A program made the translations under genes and the position numbers. A DNA stretch of 64,000 nt from Eshraghiella crossota (GTDB taxonomy: Bacteria; Bacillota; Clostridia; Christensenellales; CAG-917): the NCBI GenBank assembly GCA_963590075.1, contig CAVANK010000003.1, positions 12,100 to 76,099 of the forward strand, given 5' to 3'. The notes beneath the pieces were generated by a model that did not search any database, was not told the DNA's origin, and saw only the letters and a list, made by a program, of their open reading frames with translations. Of this stretch, positions 28,904 to 38,721 are shown piece after piece. Every line of letters starts with the position of its first letter. Position 1 is the first letter of the stretch.

Positions 28904-29829
28904 TGAAAATAGTGTTTATGGGCACGCCCGATTTTTCGGCAATCGTGCTTGAAAAACTCAATTCGGTATATCCCGTAAGCGCAGTGGTTACCGGTCTCGA
29001 CAAACCCGTGGGGCGCGGATATCAGCTCAAACCCTCTCCGCTCAAAGTCAAGGCGCAAGAGCTCGGTATACCCGTTTTGCAATACGAAAAAGTGTCGCGC
29101 GAAGGTATCGAGGATATACAAAATCTCGCTCCCGACGTCGTTGTTACCGCGGCTTTCGGACAAATATTGAGCGAGAAGTTTTTGAGTATACCTAAATACG
29201 GTGTTCTCAACGTGCACGCTTCGCTTTTGCCGAAATACAGAGGTTCGTCACCAATTCAATGGTCGATAATCGACGACGAGGAAGAGACTGGCATAACCAT
29301 TATGCGCACCGTAAAGGCTGTAGACGCGGGTGACGTTTTGCTTGAAATTCCCACCAAAATCGGTGAGAAAGAGAACGCGGGAGAGTTGTTTGACCGGCTT
29401 GCCGATATCGGCGGTGAGGCTATCGTCAAGGCAATCTCTATGCTTGAAGACGGCAGTGCAAAATTTATTCCGCAAGACGAAAGCAAGGCAACGCATTGCT
29501 CGATGATAAAGAAAGAAGACGGTCTTATCGACTTTTCAAAGACCGCAAGACAAATAGATTGCTTCGTTAGAGGTATGACGCCGTGGCCGTCTGCGTTTAC
29601 GCGTTACGACGGCAAAACGCTCAAAGTTTTCGACGTTGAAAGAGTTGATTTTGACGGAGAAGCAAAATGCGGTGAAGTGCTCAAAGCAAGCGCAAAAGAT
29701 GGTTTGATCGTAAAAGTTGCCGACGCTGCAATCAGAATTTGTCAGTTGCAACTCGAAGGCGGAAAACGTATGCGCGATACTGATTTTTTGCTCGGCAGAC
29801 GAGTGGAAGTCGGTTATATTTTTGAATAA
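28900..29829 (+). CDS. fmt: Methionyl-tRNA formyltransferase
   Basis: ATGA overlap with def. The N-terminus is MMKIVFMGTPDFS, and HASLLPKYRGSSPIQW is present. The longer ORF from 28828 overlaps def and is rejected. Confidence 0.93.
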   Translation: MMKIVFMGTPDFSAIVLEKLNSVYPVSAVVTGLDKPVGRGYQLKPSPLKVKAQELGIPVLQYEKVSREGIEDIQNLAPDVVVTAAFGQILSEKFLSIPKYGVLNVHASLLPKYRGSSPIQWSIIDDEEETGITIMRTVKAVDAGDVLLEIPTKIGEKENAGELFDRLADIGGEAIVKAISMLEDGSAKFIPQDESKATHCSMIKKEDGLIDFSKTARQIDCFVRGMTPWPSAFTRYDGKTLKVFDVERVDFDGEAKCGEVLKASAKDGLIVKVADAAIRICQLQLEGGKRMRDTDFLLGRRVEVGYIFE

Positions 29830-31100
29830 TGAGAAAACACATCGGTTCGGCACTCAAGATACTCACCAAGGTCTTTTCCGAGGGGACGTATAGCAATATG
29901 GCGTTCTACGGTGAGGACGTGAGCGATATGACGACAAAACTCGTCTACGGAGTACTGGAAAACAATATACAAATCGAATATATTCTCTCATCGCTCGTAC
30001 CGAAGAAACCGCAAAACGTCGTGTACGTCTTGCTCAAAATCGGCACGTACGCGCTTATGAATTTGACGGACGTTCCAAAATTCGCTATCGTCAGCGAGTG
30101 CGTGGAAGTTGCCAAAATGAACGGCAAAGGCGGTGCGAGCGGTTTCGTAAACGCTGTGCTTAAAAAGGTTGCGGACGGCAAATACACGCTTCCGAGCGAA
30201 AATGACGAGAATTATCTGTCAATCAAATATTCCAAACCGCAATGGTTCATCGACAAGACGGTTGAAAGATACGGCAAGGAAAGCGTAATCGCAATGCTTG
30301 AAGAGCCTTACGACGCACTGGAACATATCCGCGTCAATTCACGCCTTGCAACGTGTGGGGACGTTGAAAAATGCCTTGAAAAACGCAAGGAAAAATACCA
30401 AAAAACGGACGTTGGCGGATACAAAGTGCGCGCGACGGAGTGCGTAAAGCGTATGTTTGACAAAGGTCTCGTTACCTATCAATCGCCGTCGAGCATGCTT
30501 GCCGTGCAAGCGCTCGGAGCAAAGGACGGAGCGCAAATTTTGGATATATGCTCCGCACCGGGCGGTAAGGCGGTGTATCTGAGCGAACTTTGCCCGCACT
30601 CTACGATTACGGCGTGCGATTTGCACCCGCACAGAGTCTCGCTTATCCAAAAATACAAAAATCGTATGCACGTGCCCAACGTCAAAGCAGTGCAAGCGGA
30701 CGCAACTATACTCAATAACGATTGGATAGGCAAATTCGATTTCGTACTTGCGGACGCACCGTGTTCTTGTTTGGGAACGTATAGAAAGCACCCGGACGTG
30801 TTTTTGACGAGAAAAGAGAGCGATATATCCGAGCTTGCACGCACGCAAAGCGCAATCGCGCAAAACGCTTTGGCGTATTTGAAAACGGGCGGTGTGATGA
30901 TATATTCCACTTGCACGCTGTTTAAGGAAGAAAACGACGACGTTGTAGGCGCGCTCGTAAAGAGCGGAAAAGCCGTGCTCGAACGCATAGATTGCGACGG
31001 TATCGACGGCGGAAAATACGCGAATAACGAGGGCAAAATTCAAATTTTACCGCACGCGGAATACGACGGATTTTATATTGCGAAATTGAGGAAGATATGA
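29829..31100 (+). CDS. rsmB: 16S rRNA (cytosine967-C5)-methyltransferase
   Basis: TAATG overlap with fmt. A NusB-like N-terminus, the SAM-binding motif ILDICSAPGGK, and the catalytic motifs DAPCS and YSTCT are present. Confidence 0.88.
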   Translation: MRKHIGSALKILTKVFSEGTYSNMAFYGEDVSDMTTKLVYGVLENNIQIEYILSSLVPKKPQNVVYVLLKIGTYALMNLTDVPKFAIVSECVEVAKMNGKGGASGFVNAVLKKVADGKYTLPSENDENYLSIKYSKPQWFIDKTVERYGKESVIAMLEEPYDALEHIRVNSRLATCGDVEKCLEKRKEKYQKTDVGGYKVRATECVKRMFDKGLVTYQSPSSMLAVQALGAKDGAQILDICSAPGGKAVYLSELCPHSTITACDLHPHRVSLIQKYKNRMHVPNVKAVQADATILNNDWIGKFDFVLADAPCSCLGTYRKHPDVFLTRKESDISELARTQSAIAQNALAYLKTGGVMIYSTCTLFKEENDDVVGALVKSGKAVLERIDCDGIDGGKYANNEGKIQILPHAEYDGFYIAKLRKI

Positions 31101-32158
31101 CGACGCAAAACGAAGGTAAAATCGTACTTTTGGGACTTGATAAGGCTCGCATCGCCGAGCTATTGCCCGATTGCCCCAAATTTACCGCGTCGCAAATATA
31201 CGGCTTTTTGATGGACGGCAAGGACTTTGACGAGATGACGTCTCTCAAAAAGGAATTGCGCGAGGAGTTGAAAAAGCAATTTATCGCAAATCCCGTGCGC
31301 ATTTTGCACGTTTACAAGGGTAAATCGGGCACGCAAAAGTTTTTGTTTAGACTTGAAGACGACAACCTCATAGAGGGCGTATATATGCCGCACGATTACG
31401 GCGATACGCTTTGCTTGTCGACGCAAGTCGGTTGCCGTATGGGTTGCACGTTTTGCGCCTCGTCGCTCGACGGGCTCGTGCGCAATCTCACCGATGCGGA
31501 AATGCTCGGACAAGTGATTGCGGTCAATCGCGAAGTCGGCGGAACGGCAAAAAACAGGAAAGTTACCAATCTTGTGCTTATGGGAAGCGGAGAACCGTTT
31601 GACAACTATGACAACGTGATTGCGTTTTTGGACGAAGTGAGCAAAGAGGGCGGTATCAATATAAGCGAACGCAATATTTCACTCTCGACGTCGGGACTTT
31701 GCGACAAACTCCGCAAGTTTGCCGATAGCGGTCACAAAGTCACGTTGTCGGTGAGTTTGCACGCCCCGTTTGACGAGTTGAGAAGCGCGCTTATGCCCGT
31801 AAACAAGGCTTTTCCCATTGCGGAACTCATATCGTCGGCAAAATATTACTTTGAAAAGACGGGAAGACGCGTTATTTTCGAGTACACGCTCATAAAGGAC
31901 GAAAACGACTCCGACGCTTGCGCAAAGGAACTTGCACGGCTTACCAAAGGCTTTCCGTCGCACGTCAATCTTATCCGCCTAAACGAAGTCAAGGAACGCA
32001 ATCACACCGCGCCCGACGTGGACGCAACGGAAGCGTTTTTGCACAAACTCGAAAAACTCGGCGTTTCCGCAACGATACGCAAGAGCCTCGGCAACGACAT
32101 AGAAGGTGCGTGCGGACAACTCCGCAGAAGATATCTTCAAAACGAACTCAAAGACTGA
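31097..32158 (+). CDS. rlmN: 23S rRNA/tRNA (adenine-C2)-methyltransferase, radical SAM
   Basis: ATGA overlap with rsmB. CRMGCTFCAS, LMGSGEPFDNY and a C-terminal GACGQL are present. Confidence 0.93.
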   Translation: MTTQNEGKIVLLGLDKARIAELLPDCPKFTASQIYGFLMDGKDFDEMTSLKKELREELKKQFIANPVRILHVYKGKSGTQKFLFRLEDDNLIEGVYMPHDYGDTLCLSTQVGCRMGCTFCASSLDGLVRNLTDAEMLGQVIAVNREVGGTAKNRKVTNLVLMGSGEPFDNYDNVIAFLDEVSKEGGINISERNISLSTSGLCDKLRKFADSGHKVTLSVSLHAPFDELRSALMPVNKAFPIAELISSAKYYFEKTGRRVIFEYTLIKDENDSDACAKELARLTKGFPSHVNLIRLNEVKERNHTAPDVDATEAFLHKLEKLGVSATIRKSLGNDIEGACGQLRRRYLQNELKD

Positions 32159-32277
32159 AAACGCGCGACACGCGATTGAAAATTATATATACCTTATATA
32201 AGGCGATATAATCAGTTTTATCAATATATAAAACGATATAAAATACAAAGAAATAATCTTATAAACGAAAACTCGAT

Positions 32278-33135
32278 ATGAAAACTTACGACGGAAGAGT
32301 GATAAAAGCGGTTGCATCAAAATTTTTCGTTGACACCAAAGACGGCGTCAAGGTTTGTTTTGCGCGCAAACGCCTCAAAAACGACGGAATTATATTCGTC
32401 GGTGATTACGTCACCATCGTAAAAGACCGCGACAGTTTTGTCATCGAGGACGTAAAACCGCGCAAAAACCGCCTCATTAGACCGTACGTAAGCAATATCG
32501 ACGTGTGTTTTATCGTCATTGCACCCGAGCCCGAACCCGATTTCGTGCTTGTTGACAAGGTTATTGTCAACTGCCTTGCGGAAGGCATAGAGCCTGTGCT
32601 CGTAAAGAACAAGTGCGATATAAAAGATATCGATACGAGCGAATACGACGGCGTAGTGGAGCAAATCGAGTGTTCGGCTTCGACTAGTCAAAACGTTGCA
32701 AAACTCATCGAATACGCAAAAGGCAAAACGGCGTGTTTTGCGGGACAGTCGGCGGTCGGAAAAAGCTCGCTTCTCAACGCAATTCTCGATAGCGACGAGC
32801 TGGAAGTCGGGGAGCTTACGCGAAAGATAAAACGAGGAAAAAACACAACTCGCAAGACGGAGATTTTTGCGGTCGGTAACGATACTTATTTTGTCGATAC
32901 GTGCGGTTTTTCAATGCTCGAAGCGGCAAAAATCGAACCGGAGGATTTGAGATTGTACTTTGACGACCTTGAAAAATATCGTCCCGAGTGTCGTTTTAAT
33001 ATGTGCGTGCATATTGACGAACCCGATTGCGCGGTAAAAGAGCACGTCGGCAAAGAGATAGGCGCGGGAAGATACGAAAGATATAAAACCATATATAACG
33101 AACTCGTCCAAAGACGAGAAAACAAATACGATTGA
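32278..33135 (+). CDS. rsgA: Ribosome small-subunit-dependent GTPase A
   Basis: The circularly permuted GTPase has NKCD before GQSAVGKSSLLN, and a C-terminal zinc knuckle CRFNMCVHIDEPDCAV. Confidence 0.9.
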   Translation: MKTYDGRVIKAVASKFFVDTKDGVKVCFARKRLKNDGIIFVGDYVTIVKDRDSFVIEDVKPRKNRLIRPYVSNIDVCFIVIAPEPEPDFVLVDKVIVNCLAEGIEPVLVKNKCDIKDIDTSEYDGVVEQIECSASTSQNVAKLIEYAKGKTACFAGQSAVGKSSLLNAILDSDELEVGELTRKIKRGKNTTRKTEIFAVGNDTYFVDTCGFSMLEAAKIEPEDLRLYFDDLEKYRPECRFNMCVHIDEPDCAVKEHVGKEIGAGRYERYKTIYNELVQRRENKYD

Positions 33136-33146
33136 GAGGTAGAATT

Positions 33147-33791
33147 ATGTTGATTGCACCGTCGTTGTTATCTGCGGATTTCGGCAATATGGCTGAGGCT
33201 GTTAGAGATGTCAAAGCGTTGGGCGGAGACCTAGTCCATTGCGACGTAATGGACGGCGTTTACGTGCCAAATATAACTTTCGGTATGCCGATGATAAAGG
33301 CAATCAGAAAGAACACCGATTTGCCCGTTGACGTGCATCTTATGATAACCAAGCCCGAAAGGTATGTCGGCGCGTTTTGCGATGCGGGTGCGGACTTTGT
33401 AGCTTTTCACCCGGATGCGTCCGAAGACGTGCAAGGTGCGCTCGATATCATCAAATCCAAAGGCAAAAAGTGCGGTCTCGTGGTCAACGCGGACGTTGAT
33501 TTCGATATAGCGGTGCCGTATCTCGACCAAATCGATTTGCTCGTGATTATGACCGTGCAAGCGGGTTTTGGCGGACAAAGTTTCAAACCCGAGTGCCTCG
33601 ACAAGGTGAGAAAGGGTGATAAACTCCGCAAGGAGAACGGATACAAATATCTCATCGAAGCGGACGGCGGTGTGTTTGAGGACAATATCGCATCTTGCAA
33701 AGAAGCGGGCGTAGATATCTCCGTTGCGGGAAGTGCGGTGTTCAACTCGAAAGATCCGAAGCAGACTATTGCGACGATGCATAACTGCTAA
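33147..33791 (+). CDS. rpe: Ribulose-phosphate 3-epimerase
   Basis: GAGAGG RBS. MLIAPSLLSADF...HCDVMDGVYVPNITFG...HLMI...VNPGFGGQ-like (TVQAGFGGQSF). Confidence 0.93.
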   Translation: MLIAPSLLSADFGNMAEAVRDVKALGGDLVHCDVMDGVYVPNITFGMPMIKAIRKNTDLPVDVHLMITKPERYVGAFCDAGADFVAFHPDASEDVQGALDIIKSKGKKCGLVVNADVDFDIAVPYLDQIDLLVIMTVQAGFGGQSFKPECLDKVRKGDKLRKENGYKYLIEADGGVFEDNIASCKEAGVDISVAGSAVFNSKDPKQTIATMHNC

Positions 33792-33996
33792 AACGCATCG
33801 TGTCCGTAGAACTGCGTATATAACGATCTGTTTCAAACAATCGATATGCTTGCAACGTTATGAAACGCGTTGCAAAAAACTGCAAAATCAAGCGTTTTTG
33901 CGCAATAAATTATCGGCGTTTACCGTCGATTTTTTATTATCGTGTAACATAAACGAGGGCGTTTTCATAATTTGTACAAAAACGAGGAGTGAAGAT

Positions 33997-34089
33997 ATGA
34001 GTAAGATTATTTGCATCAATCCGCCAAAGTTTATAAAAGCGATACTTAGATTTTTTTCAAAGCGGAAAAACGCCGATAAGAAAGAATAA
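33997..34089 (+). CDS. spoVM: SpoVM-like sporulation micro-protein (30 aa)
   Basis: A strong GAGGAG RBS lies 8 nt upstream. MSKIICINPPKFIKAILRFFSKRKNADKKE aligns with B. subtilis SpoVM as I recall it (MKFYTIKLPKFLGGIVRAMLGSFRKD) through the I-x-x-PKF-x-x-x-I-x-R core. It occupies the same position (rpe side of rpmB) as spoVM in Bacillus. Confidence 0.55.
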   Translation: MSKIICINPPKFIKAILRFFSKRKNADKKE

Positions 34090-34202
34090 GATGATATCCG
34101 CTTACGTTTAGGCTTTGCGTAGCACGTATATGCAAGCGTCGGATAGGTAAGACCGATAATAATTTTGTGCGGTTATTAAGCGAAACAGTAAAAACTTACA
34201 AC

Positions 34203-34228
34203 AAAAAAATGCCTTCCTTTCGGAAGGC
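34203..34228 (-). terminator. Rho-independent terminator of rpmB
   Basis: GCCTTCC (34211-34217) pairs with GGAAGGC (34222-34228). The A7 run at 34203-34209 becomes the U-tract on the - strand. Confidence 0.75.
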
Positions 34229-34258
34229 TAACTTTGATTGCTACCTATTTAGAGACAA

Positions 34259-34450
34259 TTACGCTCTGTCAACTTTGCCTGAACGAAGACAATGAGTGCA
34301 AACATATACGTCTTCAACACCGCCGGTCGGAGTGTTGACTTTGACTTTTTGGACGTTGGGAGCCCAACTGCGTCTTGTCTTTCTGTTGCTGTGGCTGACT
34401 GCGTTTCCGCTCATTCTGCCTTTTCCGCATACACTACAAACTCTGGACAT
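34259..34450 (-). CDS. rpmB: 50S ribosomal protein L28
   Basis: AGGAGG RBS. The protein is [38 protein letters not shown]..., 63 aa. Confidence 0.95.
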   Translation of the reverse strand: MSRVCSVCGKGRMSGNAVSHSNRKTRRSWAPNVQKVKVNTPTGGVEDVYVCTHCLRSGKVDRA

Positions 34451-34582
34451 AACTGTACCTCCTAATTTGAACGATTGATATTGTATCAAATACGTTTGGA
34501 TTTTGCAACCGATTTGCACAAAATTTACGTTTTAGTTGCAAAAAATATTTATTTATAGTAGTATTTATAAAAAGGTTAGGAT

Positions 34583-34933
34583 ATGTCACTTACAACTTCA
34601 AACAAATTTGGCAAGATTTCCATCAGCGAAGAGGCTATGCAGACAGTTGCAAGCCATACCGCTCAGGACTGTTATGGCGTGGTAGATTTGGTATCGCGTC
34701 GTTTCAGCGATAACATCGGTCAACTTTGGGGCAAATCGCAACTCGGCAAAGGTGCGGTGGTTCAAACCGTCGACAACCTTATTTACGTCGAGTTGTTCGT
34801 CGTTTTGAAAGTGGGTGTAAATATAGAAGCAGTAAAAAAGTCCCTTGCGGATGCAGTCAAGTTCTCGCTTGAAACGTTTACTGGTATGCGCGTGAAGCGC
34901 GTCCACGTCAACGTCGTGGGTATCCGCGTGTAA
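34583..34933 (+). CDS. Asp23/Gls24 family envelope stress protein (YloU-like)
   Basis: The 116-aa protein contains ISEEAMQTVASHTAQDCYGVVDL and lies in the conserved position upstream of the DAK2 protein gene. Confidence 0.85.
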   Translation: MSLTTSNKFGKISISEEAMQTVASHTAQDCYGVVDLVSRRFSDNIGQLWGKSQLGKGAVVQTVDNLIYVELFVVLKVGVNIEAVKKSLADAVKFSLETFTGMRVKRVHVNVVGIRV

Positions 34934-34947
34934 GGTTATACGATAAA

Positions 34948-36600
34948 ATGAATAGAATTGACGGATTAAAATTCAAAGAGATGCTTGCGGGCGGTGTCAA
35001 AGCGCTCGAAATGAATAGGACCATCGTTGACGAACTCAACGTGTTTCCCGTTCCCGACGGAGATACCGGCACGAATATGTCCTTGACGCTTGCATCGGCT
35101 ATGCGTGAGGCAAACGCTTGCGGGTCTTTGCTCATCGACGAAATCGCAATGGCGTTTTCAAAAGGCGCGTTGAGAGGCGCAAGAGGCAACTCCGGTGTTA
35201 TATCTTCGCAAATTTTCAGAGGATTCGCAGTCGCGCTCGAAGGCAAGGCGGATTTGTCGCCCAAGACTTTTGCCGAGTGTCTCAAAAAAGGTACGGAAAT
35301 CGCTTATAGTGCAGTCACAAAGCCCAAGGAAGGCACTATTCTCACTGTTGTGAGAGTTATGGCGGAAGAGGCTGTGTCTGCAAGCAGAGGCAAGAAGGTG
35401 GAATTTGCCACATTCCTCAAGCGCGTTATCGATGCGGGCGAAGATATTCTTCAAAAGACGCCGGATATGTTGCCCGTCCTCAAAAAAGCGGGCGTCGTCG
35501 ACGCGGGCGGTAGAGGGCTCGTGACGGTGTTTGACGGTATGTATCGCACGCTCGTGGGAGAGGAACTTGTCCTCATAAGCGGTGGCAAGGTCGAAGAAAA
35601 GAACTTTGCCGAGATCAAGAGCGTCGGAGAATTCGATCCTCTTGAAAACGACTACGAGCATATCACCTTCCAGTATTGCACGGAATACTTCATTACGCAC
35701 CTCAAAAACGAGGTTACGGACGCTGCAATCGACAAATATCGCGATTATCTTACCACGATAGGCGATTGCGTGCTTGTCATCGGTGACACCGATCTCGTAA
35801 AAACGCACGTCCACACCAATCACCCCGACAGAGCGCTCAAAGCAGCTCTTAACCTCGGTGAGCTCGACGGCGTAAAAATCGAGAATATGCTTGAACAAAA
35901 CCGCAAAATCCACGCCAATGACAAGCCTGAAGAGGAAGCGGAACTCAAAGATTACGCAATGGTGTCCATTTGCTCGGGCGACGGTATGGCAAACATATTC
36001 AAAGACTTGATGGTGGATATTATCGTCGAGGGCGGACAAACGATGAACCCTAGTGTTGACGATATCCTCAAAGCGGTCAACGAGGCAAACGCCAAAAACG
36101 TATTTATATTGCCCAACAACTCCAATATAATTCTTGCCGCAAATCAAACGAAAGACCTTGCAAAGGCACAAGTTTTCGTCATCCCGACCACAAATATGCC
36201 GCAAGGCATTTCCGCATCGTTGATGTTTGACGCGGATAGCACGCCGGAAGAGAACTACGAGAGTATGTGCGAGGCAATCAAGAGTGTTGAATGTGCCGAA
36301 GTCACTCACGCGGTGCGCTCTACGAGGATGAACCGTTTCTCCGTCAAAGAGGGCGATATAATCGGCATTTGCGACAAAAAGTTGGTCGCAAAAGGCTCGG
36401 ATGTCGAACAAACGACGCTCGACACCATAGACAAACTTGCAAAAGGCAAAGATATGTTGTCCGTATACTTCGGTCAAGACGTGACGCAAGAAGAGGCGGA
36501 CTCGCTTATGCAAAAAGTTGCCGATAAGTACGATTGGCTTGAAACGGCGTGTTATAGAGGCGGTCAACCGCATTATTATTACATACTTTCGGCTGAATGA
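34948..36600 (+). CDS. DAK2 domain fusion protein (YloV-like)
   Basis: The DAK2 N-terminus is VFPVPDGDTGTNMSLT...RGARGNSGVI. The C-terminal DegV-like/uncharacterised domain is typical of YloV. Confidence 0.85.
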   Translation: MNRIDGLKFKEMLAGGVKALEMNRTIVDELNVFPVPDGDTGTNMSLTLASAMREANACGSLLIDEIAMAFSKGALRGARGNSGVISSQIFRGFAVALEGKADLSPKTFAECLKKGTEIAYSAVTKPKEGTILTVVRVMAEEAVSASRGKKVEFATFLKRVIDAGEDILQKTPDMLPVLKKAGVVDAGGRGLVTVFDGMYRTLVGEELVLISGGKVEEKNFAEIKSVGEFDPLENDYEHITFQYCTEYFITHLKNEVTDAAIDKYRDYLTTIGDCVLVIGDTDLVKTHVHTNHPDRALKAALNLGELDGVKIENMLEQNRKIHANDKPEEEAELKDYAMVSICSGDGMANIFKDLMVDIIVEGGQTMNPSVDDILKAVNEANAKNVFILPNNSNIILAANQTKDLAKAQVFVIPTTNMPQGISASLMFDADSTPEENYESMCEAIKSVECAEVTHAVRSTRMNRFSVKEGDIIGICDKKLVAKGSDVEQTTLDTIDKLAKGKDMLSVYFGQDVTQEEADSLMQKVADKYDWLETACYRGGQPHYYYILSAE

Positions 36601-36601
36601 T

Positions 36602-38629
36602 ATGTTGCAACTCAAAGATATAAAAGGCGTCGGTGACGCAACGGTGAAAAAACTTCACGACCTTGGCATCAACAGTGTGTTCGAGGTCTTTTCATTTTTG
36701 CCGAGAAAATATATTGATTTGCAAAGTCCCGTAAAAGTTCTCGACGCTCCGCAAAATCAACTTTGTTTGCTGGAAGGCAGAGTGGAAAAGGTCGGTGACG
36801 TATCACCGAGGGGCAAACACTCATTTTTCGTCACATTCAGTGACAATCTTTCAAACAACAAAACTTATTTTAAAGCAACGTTTTTCAATATGCCTTTTTT
36901 GCACGACGGATTTCAAACGGGGCAGAATTATAGAATGCTCACGAGATTGGCTTCTGACAGGGGCGCACTCAACGTTGTAAATCCGTCCCTTGAAAAGATT
37001 GAGAAAATATCAAAACTCGACGGTATTTACACCGTATATCCTCTCAAAAACGTGATGGGGCAGAACGCCTACAAGAATATAGTTTATTCCGCGCTCGACA
37101 CTCTTCAAAACATAAAGTACGACGGAAGCCTTGCCAAAATCAACAAAGATATGGCAACTTGTTTTGAGCTTGCGCACCGTCCTCAAAGTCTCGATATTGC
37201 GGAAAGAGCGTTGAAATCGCTTGCTTCGCTCGATATTGCAATCGTGCTATCTATTTATAGAAAACTGCGCAATAATGGCAAAAAAGAGAGAAAAGTATTT
37301 TATAATTTAGCCGATTTTAGAATAGTTGACTATATTTCCGCGCTAAAATTCACTCCGACGCCCTCGCAAATGCAAGCGTTTGAAGATATATTGAGCGACG
37401 TAAAATCTTCCCGTACGATGTCGAGAATAATAAGCGGTGACGTAGGAAGCGGTAAGACGGCGGTTGCGTTTTTTGCGATGTATCTTGCATCGGTTTGCGG
37501 TAAGCAATGCGCGCTTATGACACCTACGGAAATTCTTGCAAAACAACATGCAGAAAAGTTGGCGCCTATTGCGCAAAAACTCGGAATAAAGTACGCGCTT
37601 CTTACAAGTTCCACAACTTCCACGCAAAGAAAAGCTATTCTTGACGGGCTGAAAAGCGGAGAAATATCTTGCGTAATCGGCACTAACGCGCTCGTTAGCG
37701 ACGACGTGATATATCGCAATCTTACGCTTGCGATTATCGACGAACAACATCGGTTCGGCGTAAACGTGAGAGGAAAACTCGAAAAGAAGGGCGCGTGCGA
37801 CGTTTTGAGTATGACCGCAACGCCAATTCCTCGTTCCATGGCGTTGACTTTTTACGACGATATCGCAATATCCCGTATCGAAAAGCGCGAAGATGCAAAA
37901 ACCAACGTTATCACCACCGTTTCAAACGACCTCGATGTGCTCGTATCTCGCGTATGCAGTGCGTTAGATGACGGAAAACAAGCGTTTATCGTCTGTCCGT
38001 CAATCATAGATGCCGAGGGTAACGATTTGACTTCGATTGAGAGTTTTACGCGCGATTATAAAGCGGTTATAGATAAATATTCCACATCGATTATTCACGG
38101 CAAATTGTCCAACGAAGAAAAAGAATGCGCGATGAACGATTTTTCGAGCGGAAAAACTCGACTTTTGGTCGCTACGACGGTTATCGAAGTGGGTATTGAC
38201 ACCAAAGCGACGGAAATTTTGGTTGTCAACGCCGATCGTTTCGGTCTTGCGTCGCTACATCAGTTGCGCGGACGCGTCGGAAGGGACGGCTCGGAAGCGC
38301 ATTGCTATCTTCATTCTTCGTCGCAAAGCGAAAAATCGGCGGAAAGACTGGATATTCTTTGCAAGTGCAACGACGGACAGTATCTTGCCGAGGCGGATTT
38401 TGCTATGCGCGGAGCAGGCGATTTTATCGGCACGAGACAAAGCGGTCGTTCGACTACGCCTATTTTCGACTTGCAAATGAACGGTGAAGTGCTCAAAAAC
38501 GCCAAATCTTATGCCGACGAGAATTTGTCAAATCTTCCGCTTTGCGATTTGCTTGCGCTAACGAGAAGAAGCAAGGCAAGAGTTGACGCGTTCCTCGAAG
38601 AACTTGACGAAGTTACGCTAAACAGTTGA
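36602..38629 (+). CDS. recG: ATP-dependent DNA helicase RecG
   Basis: ATG 36602 overlaps the upstream stop. The wedge domain is followed by GDVGSGKT, DEQHRFGV, and QLHQLRGRVGR with TRG-motif-like GDFIGTRQSG. Confidence 0.93.
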   Translation: MLQLKDIKGVGDATVKKLHDLGINSVFEVFSFLPRKYIDLQSPVKVLDAPQNQLCLLEGRVEKVGDVSPRGKHSFFVTFSDNLSNNKTYFKATFFNMPFLHDGFQTGQNYRMLTRLASDRGALNVVNPSLEKIEKISKLDGIYTVYPLKNVMGQNAYKNIVYSALDTLQNIKYDGSLAKINKDMATCFELAHRPQSLDIAERALKSLASLDIAIVLSIYRKLRNNGKKERKVFYNLADFRIVDYISALKFTPTPSQMQAFEDILSDVKSSRTMSRIISGDVGSGKTAVAFFAMYLASVCGKQCALMTPTEILAKQHAEKLAPIAQKLGIKYALLTSSTTSTQRKAILDGLKSGEISCVIGTNALVSDDVIYRNLTLAIIDEQHRFGVNVRGKLEKKGACDVLSMTATPIPRSMALTFYDDIAISRIEKREDAKTNVITTVSNDLDVLVSRVCSALDDGKQAFIVCPSIIDAEGNDLTSIESFTRDYKAVIDKYSTSIIHGKLSNEEKECAMNDFSSGKTRLLVATTVIEVGIDTKATEILVVNADRFGLASLHQLRGRVGRDGSEAHCYLHSSSQSEKSAERLDILCKCNDGQYLAEADFAMRGAGDFIGTRQSGRSTTPIFDLQMNGEVLKNAKSYADENLSNLPLCDLLALTRRSKARVDAFLEELDEVTLNS

Positions 38630-38685
38630 TTTTACACGATTTTTGCCTTACATGTGGTCTATTTTGCAGTATTTTGCAGTCTTGT

Positions 38686-38713
38686 TTGACATTTTTATTG
38701 TAATGTGTATAAT
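38686..38713 (+). promoter_or_regulatory. Consensus sigma-A promoter driving the large ncRNA
   Basis: TTGACA (38686-38691), a 16-nt spacer, then TATAAT (38708-38713). The predicted TSS at about 38720-38722 coincides with the start of the closing helix of the RNA. Confidence 0.7.
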
Positions 38714-38721
38714 ATAATTAA

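Noticed and set aside
33792-33996. A possible SigE-type promoter (CATAATTT near 33965-33972) upstream of the spoVM-like ORF
   Set aside because: The match to the -10 consensus (CATACA-T) is partial, and I could not find a convincing -35 element at the right spacing. It is too weak to list as a feature.
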